Counted from the first letter of the whole stretch, positions 25,573-39,391 are shown. The stretch is 63,724 nt of DNA, filler included, from Rhabdomonas costata (GCA_019059605.1; 47 parts of 47 records of this genome joined end to end with filler, not necessarily neighbours in it); one strand, 5' to 3'. Translations and numbers: made by a program. The notes: generated by a model from the sequence alone, not told the origin.

Positions 25573-26128
25573 TGCTGGGAAACAGTTATTTACAGAGAAT
25601 AACACGGCCCCTCTCAGCAAATCACCGGCCTGAGGCCTTTTTGTACTCCTCGGTGGTTCTTTCGCCATCTCCTTTTTCGGGCCTTGCATGCATGTTGCAC
25701 AAAAANNNNNNNNNNNNNNNNNNNNNNNNNNNNNNNNNNNNNNNNNNNNTTAATTAATTAANNNNNNNNNNNNNNNNNNNNNNNNNNNNNNNNNNNNNNN
25801 NNNNNGGTTGTGGGTGAGTGAGTATGTTATATGTGTGGGCTTTGTTCATCGCCTTCTTTTTTGGGGCCTGTATGTATGTGTGTGTGTGTGTGTTCGTTTG
25901 ACATTGAGCTGGGATTGCTTTGCCACACGCATTTTGTGCTGAATCCCCTGATGGGTCCAACCCGGACTCGCAGTATGATTGTGTGTGTGTGTGTGTGCGT
26001 GTTGGTCGCATAGCGCGCTGGCTGTTGCCTGACTGACTGTTGGTGACAACTGTGGACACGAGCTGTTAGCCACGGATGCTTGCGAGAGGTGCCGTTGGAG
26101 AGAACGGTGCCGTGGGGTACCGGCTCAC

Positions 26129-26626
26129 CGCCGAACGTTCCACAAATGGTAACCTCGCTTCTGTCCCGCGGGTCCCGGGCCTTTGTCGCGCCGCTGCTCT
26201 TTTCCATTGTGTTTGTGTGTTTGGGTGAGTGAGCGCTTGTCTGGGGGGGGGGGGAGGCGCGGACTTCTCCCAAGCGTCACGGAGCAGCTCATAACCCGCC
26301 AGCTTGATGTTCCCATACACTGTGCTGCGGGCGATCGCCGCGGAGAGCCCGTCGTAGAACCCCCGGACGCCGTTCTGGGTCCAGATCTGCTTGATCACAG
26401 TCCCCACCAGCCGTCCCTGGCTCACCGCCGGGGCACCCCCTGGCGCCGCACTCTTCATCGACAGCACCTGGCACCGCACCTTCACCACGTCCGGGGGGTG
26501 CATCGGGATCAGCGAGGTCACGTTGCTCGCCCACGCGATCATCCACACGCACCAGTCGGGGTAGTGCCGCACCTGGGCGGTCTTCTTGCTGGGCGCCGCA
26601 CCCTCCTTGGGGTTGGAGGAAGACAT
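26129..26626 (-). CDS. Mitochondrial carrier (SLC25; dicarboxylate/oxoglutarate-carrier-like), first two exons (26626-26265; 26198-26129)
   Basis: ATG at 26626; PX[DE]XX[KR] signature HPPDVVKVRCQ, then NGVRGFYDGLSAAIARSTVYGNIKLAGYE; 66-nt GT-AG intron 26264-26199. Confidence 0.9.
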
Positions 26627-27019
26627 GGTGGAGGGAGGGAGAAGCGGATCGGTGAGACTGGGACCGGTTGCGCGCAGGAGAGCGAGAGGATTTCGGTTCC
26701 ACTGCTCAGGGAAATGGCAGGAAGGATGAGGAAAGGAGAGCAAATGGGAATAAGACAACTGGTCTCTGGGGAAGGGAAAAGATAATCCCACCTAACCGTA
26801 CATCGAAAAGCATGTGAAAGCGGATTGTTGACCGCCCTTTTCAACCGCAGCATGAAGTTCTGCATAGCCTTCACACTTTTCTCTGCCTTAACCTGACCTG
26901 CTGAACAAGAACAGCAGCGCAGGTACGACTCACAACCACTGATCACTGTGTGTCACAGAAATACTTTCAGTCCATATTTGGGCCACAACACAAGACTCGT
27001 ACCTGACTCGTAATTGGCT

Positions 27020-27050
<31 letters not shown>

Positions 27051-27667
27051 GGTTTACCGTATCANNNNNNNNNNNNNNNNNNNNNNNNNNNNNNNNNNNN
27101 NNNNNNNNTTAATTAATTAANNNNNNNNNNNNNNNNNNNNNNNNNNNNNNNNNNNNNNNNNNNNGGGGGTTTGGCCTGGGTCCTCGCTGGTGAGGACCGG
27201 CGCAGGGGAGGAGTCCCCCGCGACCCCCGGGTGGGTTGCTTGATCTTCTCGCTCTTGTTGTCCCCCTCAGCGTTGTTTTCCTCCACACCGCACTATTTCT
27301 CGGTCCTGTCCAGCACGTGCATCAGCAGTGTGTTCTACTCGAGTCCCCGCCTGACCGCCTTGCTGACCGTGCGGAGGAGGAGGCCCCCGGGAGGGACGTT
27401 TCTTCTGGTTCTTCCTCGTAGTCGCTGTCCCTTTCCCGGACGCGTCGCGTCGCGTGCTTGATCTCTAAGTTGGTCTGTAAGTTGAATAATTTTCTCTTTT
27501 GGTTAGCTTTCAGCGCAATATGGCGGAGTCCCTGCCCAGTTGGCCCCTCACCGAGGCTAAATGGAAAGTGCTGCGGGGTATGCGAGGTGTGCTGCCAGAG
27601 GACAAGAACTGCTACAGGACGGCTGTGGCATGCGTCTCTCGAAAACCTTCTTCCCCCCTCCTGGACA

Positions 27668-28369
27668 ATGTCCTTGGAAGAACTGACAGAGGAGGAGAGT
27701 CTCGGGCTGTTGCTGGGTGCGAAGTTTGGGAGTTTTACCCGAAAGAGAAGGAGAGCACCACAATCCGCCCCCTTCGCCCCTGCACCCGCGGAGGTGGAGA
27801 AAGAGTCCGTCTTTGATGACTTGCTAAATAGCTCCATTTTGTCGTCATCCTTTGAGACCGCGAAGGCCACAGTTCGGCTTCATCTTTTTGTGCTGCGCAG
27901 GCTCGACCTCTGCGACGTAAAGACTTCCACACAGCTCAATGTTATCTTTCGTCTAACGACAGGCAACCCGCCGTCAGCAGAGAGACAGCCCTCTCTGTCG
28001 ACGCGCCTTTACTGCCTGCAAATCCACAAGCTGGTGAAGTATACCACCCCGAAGGTGTTCTCTCGAGACCTTGCCTCGCACACCAGTCCCTTGGTGCAGC
28101 GATTATATCACAGTCCAGCTGTAAAGACCACCCTGGGTCAGCAGGGGAGACAGTGCACGCTCGTTTACAGCGAAGCCGCTGTGGAGCCGCTGTCAGAGCT
28201 CCCAAATCTCCCCAATCTGCCTCCTTTGCAGGGAAGCGTCGCTCCAGACGTTTGTTTTGGGGTGTACAATGCGGCGGAGCTGCTCACGATGTTCCACAAG
28301 ACCGAGAGCGAGCTGTTGGAGGGCCTGCTCACCAGAGAGTACTCGAACCTGGACTTCATGCGGCAGGTG
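27668..28369 (+). CDS. Unknown protein; long open frame that may contain short in-frame introns
   Basis: Part of the 338-aa ORF, the longest in the window. The last exon is bounded by tttgcag (28230) and GTCAGT (28370). No family recognised. Confidence 0.55.
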
Positions 28370-31300
28370 GTCAGTGTACCCATGCATCTCTCCCCCATTC
28401 ATCGACCTCATTACACAAAACCNNNNNNNNNNNNNNNNNNNNNNNNNNNNNNNNNNNNNNNNNNNNTTAATTAATTAANNNNNNNNNNNNNNNNNNNNNN
28501 NNNNNNNNNNNNNNNNNNNNNNATGTCGAGCGGAGAGGTCGCTTCTACCTGTTGAAGGAGCTTCTGGGGCGACGGGTGGACCTCGACGAGGCCAAGCTTC
28601 AAGCGGAGAGACGTCTGGACAGGTGTGTGCAGTGCCGCGAATTCTGCGGACTTCTCTGAGGAGAAAAACTGAGCTATTAGGATTTTCCAATTCAATTTGG
28701 CGGTGTCACCTGGCATTGGGACTGGCACATCATGTTGGAAGGTGTGCTCACTGAATGGTTTTGAGCGCCTGGGTTTGGCATTAATCTGGATTGAATGTAA
28801 CTGAGGCAACTGGAACAACTATGAAATTAAGAAACTCGCACGGATCGTGGATGGTTATCGGCTCCCTTGGGATCGTCGCAATCCGTCCTTTCCTTTTGGA
28901 TGGACGGATGGACGCAATTGGGGGCAGTCCTTCCTCCCTCTGATGTCATGGAGGCATTGGGGACGCAGGTTTCCACCCGGCACTTGGGCTGACGAGGTAG
29001 CTGATGCCGGAGCTCGCTCGCTTCCATTTCCATCCTTGTGATCGGACCTCCGTGATTACTGAATAGCGATGTGTGTTTGTGAATCTGTGGATCCTTCCTC
29101 CTTTGGGGACTTTTACGTGACCACCGAGTCATTTTATGAAGCGAGAGGCTGAAAGTCCTTTCCTGCTTGAACCGTTTTGTTAGGTTGTCAATGACCCATT
29201 TCAAAGCAACAATGTATGAAGGTAACCTCACATACAGCAGTGAGAGGTTAGAGATGACCTATCATGTTATGTTCACCCTCCCCCCGCTCTCCACAGCAAT
29301 CTTGTGAAGCTGCCCAACTCGCGGTTCTACTTTGAATACACCGTGAGTTCTGAGGGTGTGCCCAAGATGTTCATTGAGGATGTCTTCCTCCCCAGAAACT
29401 TATGCACCCACTTGGTGTTCGAGAATGCCATGGTGGCTCCCCTCCAGCACTTAAGCTGCTTCAAGGTGTATGTGTGAGGGGTGTTTCAAGGGGTCTGCGT
29501 GCCGTGTGGGGAAAGGCAAGATTTCCCATCCGTTCTCAAGATCTCTCCATAAGCTCGAATTTTTTCCTCGAATTCTTTGCACCTTTGCACCCGTATGCAC
29601 GTTGCAGTGGTGTTTTTGCAACGATCCGGCTCTAGTGGAACCCGACCTCCTGCGTCCACATTCGTCACCCAAAGAGATGCGCCGAGCAAGCGACTTGGGG
29701 TGTGGTTGGAGGGGCGGCAAAGTTTTTTTGAACTCTTTGCCGTACTTCTGTGTGAATGAAAAGATACAAACCCAACCCCCNNNNNNNNNNNNNNNNNNNN
29801 NNNNNNNNNNNNNNNNNNNNNNNNTTAATTAATTAANNNNNNNNNNNNNNNNNNNNNNNNNNNNNNNNNNNNNNNNNNNNCAGTCCATTCCGCGTCATTT
29901 TCAACCCCTCAAACCCCTGACGTGGCCACCGCGTGTGTGGATGTGTGATTGAAAATGCACTGAATAATATACTGAAATCGGGGTAACGGTTTTTGCCAGC
30001 AACTGTAAGCGTCGTGTGCGGGACGCTCATGTTGGTGTTGAGTGTGTTGACTGTATGGAGGTCTGTCAGCAGGCAATGCACGTGTTCTAGAACTTGGAGG
30101 AGCTTCTGAAAGCTGCTCTAGGGCGTTGCGTGGGCACCCCCCCCCCGTTCCAAGTGTCCATCGGAGAACTCGGGAGGGGGGATAGTATTTGAATCTTGCT
30201 GGAGTGAGGTGGGTTGACTCTTGGCTCGATGACGGTTGTACCAGCTTCTTTCACAGGAATCTCAAAAGCGAATTGCCTTTATGTGCTCCAGTATTGGTGG
30301 GTGGATGCGCAGGTTAGTCTTCTGCAAGGTGGCCTGCTGCCTTCTCTACTGCTGAGCTACGCCTCTCGAAATCCAAGTGACAAGGCAGTAGGTCGGCATT
30401 ACTTGTACATGATGAAGGTTTGACGCTCAGATTTTTGTTTTATTATTGTTCGCGCTGCGGCCTGCTTGTGAATTTCTTCATTTTTCTTGTGTACGCCAAT
30501 GCCGACGTTTTTTTCAGAGGTCGGGCATGCGATAATAACCTCAGCAGCAAAAGCAGTTTGCCAGCAATGAACTGTCTGTTTGTGGGTAGCACATCCTGAA
30601 CTTGAACTTGTTTTAAATTGCCTTGTCAGGCGGTTCTGACAATGTTGATTCTCGGGGGGAGCTCTTCCCTAGCCAGTCTCCCTGCGCGCAGTGCCGTGGT
30701 CACGCTCGTGAACTATCTGCTTTTGGGTCCTTTCGACACCGAAGAGCACGGCGTGCTGCGGTGCTACACTCTTCAGGTTGATTTCCGTTGGGGATAGTTG
30801 CACTCTGGGATGTCCAGCGTGCAAAAGGAAAGAAATGACGTGTGGTTTTCGCTCAAGATCCTCTTACTATGGAGATCTTGCCGTAGGGGTATAGCCAAGC
30901 CGTTGTAGCTGCGGCTTGTCGTCCTCAGAATACTTTTTTGAGAAATCCTTCTGACGGTGGGCTCCACTATGGTGCCTCCTTTATCTGTCCACGAGCGTGT
31001 GTACCACACCAGCCAGCGGACTCCGGATTCAACCGTAGCTCGTGAGTGCAGACAGGAGGGGTTGTTAGAGAACCTGAGACATATTCTTCCTGAGTGTTTG
31101 CCTTCCACGTCCTTCTGCCCCTGTCCCCCCCCTCCAGGNNNNNNNNNNNNNNNNNNNNNNNNNNNNNNNNNNNNNNNNNNNNTTAATTAATTAANNNNNN
31201 NNNNNNNNNNNNNNNNNNNNNNNNNNNNNNNNNNNNNNTTTCCCTTCCTTCCATTTCGCCTTCACCTATCTCTCAGTCATTTTTGCACGAGTCATCAAGG

Positions 31301-32104
31301 CTGTAGAGATGTCAGAAATGTGGTACGCGCTTGGAGGGAGGGAGGGGGGAATTGGCGGCCAGTGAACTTTTTTGGGATCCAACCTTGGGGCGTTTCTGTG
31401 GGTCCCAGCGCCTGGTGGGACTCTGTTGCCATGGGTCATGGTCAGCCCCATTTGGGCCACCACAGTCACTTCAAGTAGTACCTGGGGTTTGTGAGGGTCC
31501 AAGCCCAGTTCAAGGCCAACCTGACCTCCAGGCTGGACCGAAGGGGTGGAGTTCTCATGATACATATGTCTCGGTGTACTGCCTTCGTGCTGTTAGGTAC
31601 AACGCGTGCCGTGAATCCGCGTCAGTTTCCTCGAAATCTGCGAGGCGGTTGAAGAGGTGAACAGCTTCGGGCTTCGAGTCTTTGCCACGGCCGATGTGTG
31701 ATCTGTGACTCTCCCCTGCCATGTATATGGCGTGATCCACCAATCAGCGTTGCGGTGGGGTTTGGTCGTAATTTCCGTGTTTACGGTGGGGCTTTGCTTT
31801 GCAGAAATCTATGGAGGAGTTCATTCATGATGAGCTCTTCTCCACTCTGAATGACCTGGGCGAGCAGCTAAGGAAGGTTGTGGCCTTCCCCTCCACCGGA
31901 CTACCAGAGCATTGCGTTTTTCTGTGAGGGTTGGTCTTGCGCGCACGCGAAGCGGATGTGGGTGCTCGCATGGGGGTCCTATAGCACTCACGACAGGCCC
32001 GTCAGCCCCACTTCCTTTTTTTCCCGCTTTTTTCCTTTTTGCTCTCATCCACACTTGTAAATATGCTCATTTGCGGATATGGCGGTCTGCTGTTGCCCGT
32101 GCAG

Positions 32105-32269
32105 TACTCGGAAGCCCGCCCAGGCCAACCTGGGGTGCAGCTGTGCGTCTCGCACGCCTGCCAGGGCCTCAGCGCGGTGCTCACCGCGCTGGTCGTGCCC
32201 TTTGCCGCGCAGGTCTCGGGGAAGCACTTCGTCTCCGCGATGGCCCTGGGGCAGCCCGAGCTCGTGCCG
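32105..32269 (+). CDS. Exon of an unknown protein
   Basis: cag/GTTATA boundaries, 55 codons, very high GC3. Confidence 0.6.
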
Positions 32270-32701
32270 GTTATACCGGGGCTTGCCTGCGTGGGTTTTT
32301 TTTATTTCTTTTCTTTTAGAGCCCCTTGTAATTCTCTGCACGGTTTCCACATGAGCACCCACGTTCTCGTAACCCCCGCTAGAAATTTTTCTGCGAATTG
32401 CGAAAGCTGGCTTGTTTGTGCTGGTTTCATGGAACCTGTTCTTTTGTCCAACAACCGCGGAACCACGCCAAGAAAGCTGTCGCTGCCTTCTTACGTNNNN
32501 NNNNNNNNNNNNNNNNNNNNNNNNNNNNNNNNNNNNNNNNTTAATTAATTAANNNNNNNNNNNNNNNNNNNNNNNNNNNNNNNNNNNNNNNNNNNNGGGG
32601 GGTTTGCGGTCAAAAGGGAGTCATCTCGAAGCAAGGTTTTACAATGCATCCGCGCTTGCATCCCTCCCTCTCAGTTTGTCAGTTTGTGGGTGCGCGTTCA
32701 G

Positions 32702-33485
32702 GATGAGCTGAAGCGCCTGATGCCTGCCATCAGCAACGCCATGCTTGTGGGCGACCGCCGCAAGTACAACGTGGTGCTGCTCACCCTGAAGACCAAGGTC
32801 CACTCCGACGGGAACCCCACCAGTGAGCTCACCGGGGACAGCTTGGCCGTATCGCCTGGTATTCCCTTCCCCTCCTAGACATCCCATCTCAATGACACTC
32901 ATCTCAATGACACTGGCCTGAAAATAAAAGAGCAAAAAGTAGACGGCTCTGAAAACCCTCTGCGGCAGCAGCCCCAGCAAGATTCGTGATTGCCAATGGT
33001 CCATACCAGGTTGGGGGTTGGTCCCTGCTGCGTAAGACTACTGACTTGAAGTTGGCGTGTGCGTTCCCCTTACCTGAGTCCCACAAGATTTGGAAGCACT
33101 ACTCAGGAAATGTTCTATCTCCCATTATGGGAGGGTGAATTGAGACCAGTCCCGTGTCTTTATGGTTAGGAGTGGCCACCTCCCATGCTGTAAATGGAGT
33201 GATGGGTCGCGTTTTCAGCGGAAAGTCAGAAAGTCACGGGAGTGGTCAATGACAATTGTGCGTCGTTTTGCGGTCCGCGATCGACGGTGACTCTCTGATG
33301 TATAGATTATGTTTATTTGTGTTGTCCCCACGATCCCTCACTGAGCTGCTGCATGCCTTTGTTGTGCTGGGTCTTTTCGCAGTGACGTTTTGTGGTTGCA
33401 CAGGCGTGACGACCGTGGAGCAAGCCCAGAAGGATGCCACCTGGAAGGAGTACATCGAGAGGAGCGTCAAATCCTACAACACGGG
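32702..33485 (+). CDS. ACSBG-like: Long-chain acyl-CoA ligase, bubblegum (ACSBG) type, two exons (32702-32858; 33404-33485)
   Basis: Spliced DELKRLMPAISNAMLVGDRRKYNVVLLTLKTKVHSDGNPTSELTGDSLAVSP|GVTTVEQAQKDATWKEYIERSVKSYN. The P-x-ISNAML-x-GD-x-RK...LLTLK motif is typical of ACSBG. Confidence 0.88.
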
Positions 33486-33954
33486 GTGAGTGTGCCAGTG
33501 CTAGAGTTGGGGTAAGAAGCCGCTGAGGGTCCCTACAAAACAATGAGTTTTGTTTTCCGAGCTCGAGGTTCCGCTAGCGTCTACCAGAGCGGAAAAGAAA
33601 TGCAATGGTGCAATTGATGTGGACGAGTGCAATGTCAACGCTCCCCAAGCTCGCAGTTAGCATAACACCCAACTCGGGGTGCGTATTCGGGCTCATATCT
33701 TTCATACCTTCATACCTTTCCATACGCCACAGACTTAGCTCCTTGTTGTGCCCTGCGCCGTCTTGTCGTTGTCATACGTCTCTCCTCTCTCAGCCCCTGG
33801 CACTTGGACGCAATCAATACAGATCATCTGCCCTTCCCTGCCCCCACCCACCACNNNNNNNNNNNNNNNNNNNNNNNNNNNNNNNNNNNNNNNNNNNNTT
33901 AATTAATTAANNNNNNNNNNNNNNNNNNNNNNNNNNNNNNNNNNNNNNNNNNNN

Positions 33955-34092
33955 GTGTGGGGTGCTGCTGACTTATTCTTGTTTGCTATGTCTCCACGCT
34001 TGAATCCCTTCATCATGAACGAGGAGCCCACACACATGATGAAGGGATTCAAGCGTGGAGACATAGCAAACAAGAATAAGTCAGCAGCACCC
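33955..34092. other. Contig-terminal inverted repeat (fold-back chimera)
   Basis: About 58-bp perfect arms beginning at the contig start. Confidence 0.85.
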
Positions 34093-34232
34093 CTCCGGGT
34101 AATGCGGTAGCGCAAAAAGTCATCTCTCATTCATTTTCAAGGACTTGGACATATGCTCACGGAATCCTGCTTGAGCTGTGAAAGGAGTAACACACGAGTG
34201 CATCAACGGAAGGCTCGGTGGGGTAGGCCAAC

Positions 34233-34990
34233 CAAAAACAGTCCTCCTTGAACGCGTCACACCATTCGGCCGTTCTCCATCCGGCTTTCCGTGGAGACCG
34301 TGGTCGTTCGTCCGCCACTGCTGCTGCTGGCCGTAAACGTCCCTGGGCTCCCAAACATACCTACCAAAGGACATGGGGGAAGGGAGAGAAAAAATAGGAA
34401 GCATGGCGACAACACAACCCCCGGCCTCAAAAACGCTCCCCGTTAGCCGCAGGACTGGCCAGCACAGGCGAGCAGGCGAGGGCGGAGGAACTGCGGCTGA
34501 CAGAAATACGCAGAGAAGCGTCAGCAGTGCACGTGGCATCTGGTCATCCCATCACAACGATATACCTTTCTGCGCAAGGGGGAGGCTCAAGCTGACTTGC
34601 GAATAGTTCTCGGAATGGCGCCAGAAAAAAGAAATTGCGAATTGTCCCGGTCACGCTGCTGAAAGAACTTAATCAGTGTCGGGATGGTGCAGGCAAACAC
34701 TGGGGAGAAGAAGTAAAACTGAGCAGATAGCAGGAGTGCACACCAGAGAACGCTGACATCGGGGCAAACGCCGGGCCGAAGCCATACGGCTCGACCTCCT
34801 GGAACGGGTCCTGAGTCCCAAAGAACTGCCGGAACAGCTCAAAGGGGTCCTGAAACATCGGTGCGTAGGCATAGCCGCCTGGCCAGTAAGCCCCTCCAGA
34901 AGGCATGGGGGAGAACCCGCCATAGCCCTGAAAGTCCTCCGACGGGGCTGGGTTCAAGTAAGCCGCCTTCTTCTGCGGGTCAGACAGTAC
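34233..34990 (-). CDS. DnaJ/Hsp40 type II, DNAJB6-like, two exons (34990-34744; 34360-34233)
   Basis: J-domain end VLSDPQKKAAY, G/F region FQDPFELFRQFFGTQDPF, and S/T region TTTVSTESRMENGRMVTRSRR after an in-phase GT-AG intron. Confidence 0.88.
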
Positions 34991-35354
34991 CTGAAAGTGT
35001 GCAAGGCGAGGGTCCTTTTGCGTTTCACTCTCGTTCCATCTCACCCAGTCCGAAACGCAAAACATGGTTGGATAACCTATAGTTTTCCCACAGTAACATG
35101 GCCTTTGTTCCATCTTTGGCAGCAAAAATACCGGTCTCACAACCTCAAAATTTACTGTTGCGTATTCAAAGGCTGTGGCTGTGAGAACTTGAACATGGCA
35201 GCGCAATCAGATNNNNNNNNNNNNNNNNNNNNNNNNNNNNNNNNNNNNNNNNNNNNTTAATTAATTAANNNNNNNNNNNNNNNNNNNNNNNNNNNNNNNN
35301 NNNNNNNNNNNNTGTGGGGTGTGTACGTTTGTGTGTGTGTGTGGTGGGGCCGAC

Positions 35355-36016
35355 CTCAAGGGCTCCTGGAAAGAACTCCACGTTGTTTCTCTCATGGATG
35401 AACCGCTGAAAGCCCTGCTCGGTGAGACCTCCACAGGCCTCTTCTGAGACTTCGCAGCGTGTGCAGAGGATGTAGCGGATCACTTCCTTCTGCAGCGCAT
35501 TAAAGGAAATAGATGCTAACATCAGTGGCGCGGCCCCGTACTGCCGGAATAGAGCAGGGATGTGATCATGTGGTAAGAAGTGTCAGGTTCGTGTGGCAAG
35601 AATTACAGGAATTCCGCAGACGAGCTGGTGCTGTCTGTAAGCGCTTTCTCTGCCATCAGACAGTGACATTGCTGTCGGGTAATGCCTTGAAGCTGTGTAA
35701 TTCTGAAACCCCTTTCAGGACAGCAACGGGGTCGTGCACACGGGACTGCAGCGTAATATAACGAAATGATAATGAAATGATAATTTAATTATTGAAAAAA
35801 CCACAAGGACACACTCAGACCTCCCAGAGCCATCAACAGAACAACTTTTAGGCGTTCGACCCACAGGACCATATGTTACCGTCCTGGGTTCTCCAGACAT
35901 CAGACATTCCCGCATTCCTACAAGAAGAAGACAGGCCTGCAGACCCGCATGGAGGTGAAGTCCGATGCCAGGGAGGGCTTTTCCTTGAGCACGGCGATCC
36001 GAGCCTCCCGAAGCTC
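35355..36016 (-). CDS. HAD-superfamily phosphatase, YigB-like cap region, two exons (36016-35945; 35489-35355)
   Basis: Phase-0 splicing gives ELREARIAVLKEKPSLASDFTSMR|KEVIRYIL...LTEQGFQRFIHERNNVEFFPGALE, which fits the YigB-like pattern R...P-x-L-x-HD-x-T-x-x-R...F-x-x-x-R-x-x-V-x-x-FPG. Confidence 0.72.
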
Positions 36017-39000
36017 CTTTACACCGAATGTCGACTCAAACTGACCCCCACCCCCAAAACTCTGTCGAAAAGTTGGAGCAGAAACTGAAGAACCAGTCAG
36101 ACTGCTCTGATTTTCGACAAAATGAAGGGTTTAGTAGGGTGCTGTGTGTCTTTCTCTGTGTGTCCTGCTGGGTTACATGATACCCTGACTGAACTCCAAT
36201 TGCTTTGGAAAAGCCGGACATCCCCACATACATATCGCTCTACGTTGTGGAAAAGCAAACATATAACATATACACCAGCTGTTATCAGCTGTTGGCGCTA
36301 CGGGTGTCCCAACTAACATGAATTTCTCTTTTTGCCCGTGAGCAACGCGCGAAAGCAACAAGAAAAAGTACTCGTGTGCTCTGCTCCAAGGTATGAAGAC
36401 CGAAAGCGTAACCCCAGAATACAAGCCTGAAAAGGGCACCACAGGGCATATACTTAAGGGCACCACAGACCCTTGGAAATGCCACGAGGTCGAAAAAGGC
36501 CTGAAAGGACCCAAGATGGAGGCTGGGAAATTGTCAATAAACTCAACTCAGTGGAACTACCAACAACACCNNNNNNNNNNNNNNNNNNNNNNNNNNNNNN
36601 NNNNNNNNNNNNNNTTAATTAATTAANNNNNNNNNNNNNNNNNNNNNNNNNNNNNNNNNNNNNNNNNNNNTTTTGGGTGTGACGGATTCTTTTCTGCATC
36701 AGCTTTTGGGAGACCCAGGGAGACCCCTGTTTGGTCAGAGATGGAATAAATGACTCCTTCTCAGCACTTTGGATTTGGAAGGGAGAGGGCGAAGTCGGTA
36801 TGAGGTATGTCTGTTTTCCGTGAGTTTGGTTGGGTTGGTTTTGAGACTGAAGCGTCCGCATAATGGGCGTCCGCCCGAAAAAGGTCACCTCAGCTGGTGG
36901 TGTAGCGAACCGCTCACCTGCTCAGTTCCGTCGGTACTGTTTATGTTTTCTAGCTCAGCTTGATCCCAGCTTTAATCCGGCTATATCCGACAGGAGAGGA
37001 AGTCCAGCTCGTATACCACCACCTCCCCTGTGATGCTATAGTTCCCATACCATTTGCTCAGGTCGGAATCAGAGCGGGACTCTTTCCTGCGGTGGTGCGC
37101 ACTGACGAGCGGCGTCTTTGGAATCAAGGGCTTTGCGATGTGAGGCCTCCAATGATGCTAATGGGAATCGGTGCGGTAGGAAGGTAGTGGAGGACCCGAA
37201 ATGGAAGACCTCCAGTTGTTCATGTCGCTTCCCATTTCCTGCGCTTCTTGGAGTGAGTGGCGCTTGCCGTGATAGATGTGTGCGGGCGGTGCGTGTGTGC
37301 GCAGAGGACGGGACGGGGTACACTTTGGTCGTCGTTTTTTGCTTTTCTTGAATTGTTCCGCGTATGTTCGCGTTTTTGTTGTCAAGAGTGTGGGTACCTC
37401 TGTTCGGGGTGTGCATTCACGGCGCTCCCCGTTGCACAGGTTTTTGGGGATGGTTTTCACTTTGATTGTGCGGTTTGGGTTTGGGCAGGCGCTTGAGAAG
37501 CGTCTTTCCGCGCTGTGGGTGATCTTGACGGAATGGACGGCCTTCTTGATGCATCTCTTCCATTTGCTTTGTTTATGTGGAGGGATGGAGGGGTTTGCGG
37601 AAAGCCCCGGGCTTCGCCGTTGCTCTTCTATGTTCTATTTTACCCCTTTATTGAGAAACCACACGCGCTGACCTGCTGATTGGATCCTGGTGAGATCCTA
37701 TTGCTCATTTTCAACTTTTGCAGGTCTCGGTGGCGAAACGCTCCAAACGGTCCAATTTATTTCCAAAGACCTTTTCAACTTTTAGACAACCTAGCCAAAC
37801 CAGAGCTCTTTTTTGATAGGATTAATCCTGGGCAAGTCATTGTTGAAGTCAGAGATGTCTGTGGTGATTTGTAAATATGGATGTGTACGTGTTTGCCCCG
37901 GTTTGCCCGGCCCCCGTTCCCCAAACAANNNNNNNNNNNNNNNNNNNNNNNNNNNNNNNNNNNNNNNNNNNNTTAATTAATTAANNNNNNNNNNNNNNNN
38001 NNNNNNNNNNNNNNNNNNNNNNNNNNNNGGTAGCGCACACACGAAGAATAGGCATTTGGCGAAAAGGGAGTTCCGGTCAATCTACTCGTCCTGTCGACTT
38101 TCACGGCTGAATCGATAATAAAGGAGAGCTCCTGATAGGAACTACCGTTAATTCTGCGTTCGGCAGGTAAAAAAGAGCGGCAGAAGGCAAAAAGGAAGAC
38201 AGGGGGAGCCAATGAAGGAACGCAAGTGAGTCAATGACCCTGTCAGCTTGCCCGCACGCAAGTGTTGGAATGGCATGAGCGAATTGAATCGCAAGGAAGC
38301 CGCGGAAGGAGCGGGAAATACATCAATCCAATGCCTACTGTGCATGTACATGGTCGATCGAGGAGAAGTGGATAGATCGGTCCCTGCAACATGGGTGCTA
38401 CAGGGTAACAATTACATTTCCGAAGGGCAAAAAGCGATTCGAGCTTTGCATCATCCAATAAGAAAGACGCGTAAAAGAAGAAAAAGAAAAGGGGGCACTC
38501 ACCTCCCCATCCTCGGAGCACTCCACTTCAACCATGGATTGTGTGGAAGGCGAAAACGTCCCCGAAGCAATCAACGCCTCAAGCTCCGTAACCTTTGTAT
38601 TCCGAATGGGGGGGGGGGGAATATTTCACACCCCAGCCCCAGCTTCACGTGCAACTTTGGGAGTTGCCTACACGTGCCTACACTTCTCAGCTCTATTCCT
38701 TTTCAAAACTGCCCACTAGTGAGACGACCACATCCCTTTTCACGCAGATTCCCGGATGGGGTTTGTCGTTAATTGACAGGAGCTCCGCCCCAGGAGGAGG
38801 GGGGGGGCAACTATTTTTCTTTATATGTCATGGGCCATGTCGAAATTGCAGCTAAAACGATAATTGCAATTGTGACTGACCACGAAGCCAAGACGATTTG
38901 GAACCGAATAACTTACCTACCCATTCAGAAGCAGTAAGTCAACACAGATTTCAAGGAAAACGTTTTAGGGAGGGGGAATACAAGGGACACCAAAAACTTT

Positions 39001-39391
39001 TCGTTTGTAATGGATGTCTCGGGATGCAATCGACAATCTCACTGCACTTAATTCCAGACTACAAGGGTGAGCGGAGACCCAGTGGCCGATTTTATGACCA
39101 CTTTCCACCATTGCCATCGGTTTCGCGCAGCATCGCCCCAGAATCGAGATGTCAAGCGTGTCTCCCATGCTAGGATGACGCAGCTGCCTGGTAACCGGTA
39201 TTTGGATTATGCTTCCCAACTCCTCTTGCCTCCAACCTCTTGCCATCCTTCAAAATTTGTGTGACCCACTGCATCAAACTCGCAAACNNNNNNNNNNNNN
39301 NNNNNNNNNNNNNNNNNNNNNNNNNNNNNNNTTAATTAATTAANNNNNNNNNNNNNNNNNNNNNNNNNNNNNNNNNNNNNNNNNNNNGGTG

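Noticed and set aside
26183-26785. 200-aa plus-strand ORF and similar long antisense ORFs (e.g. 5889-6377, 24880-25476)
   Set aside because: These are shadows of GC3-rich coding sequence on the opposite strand.
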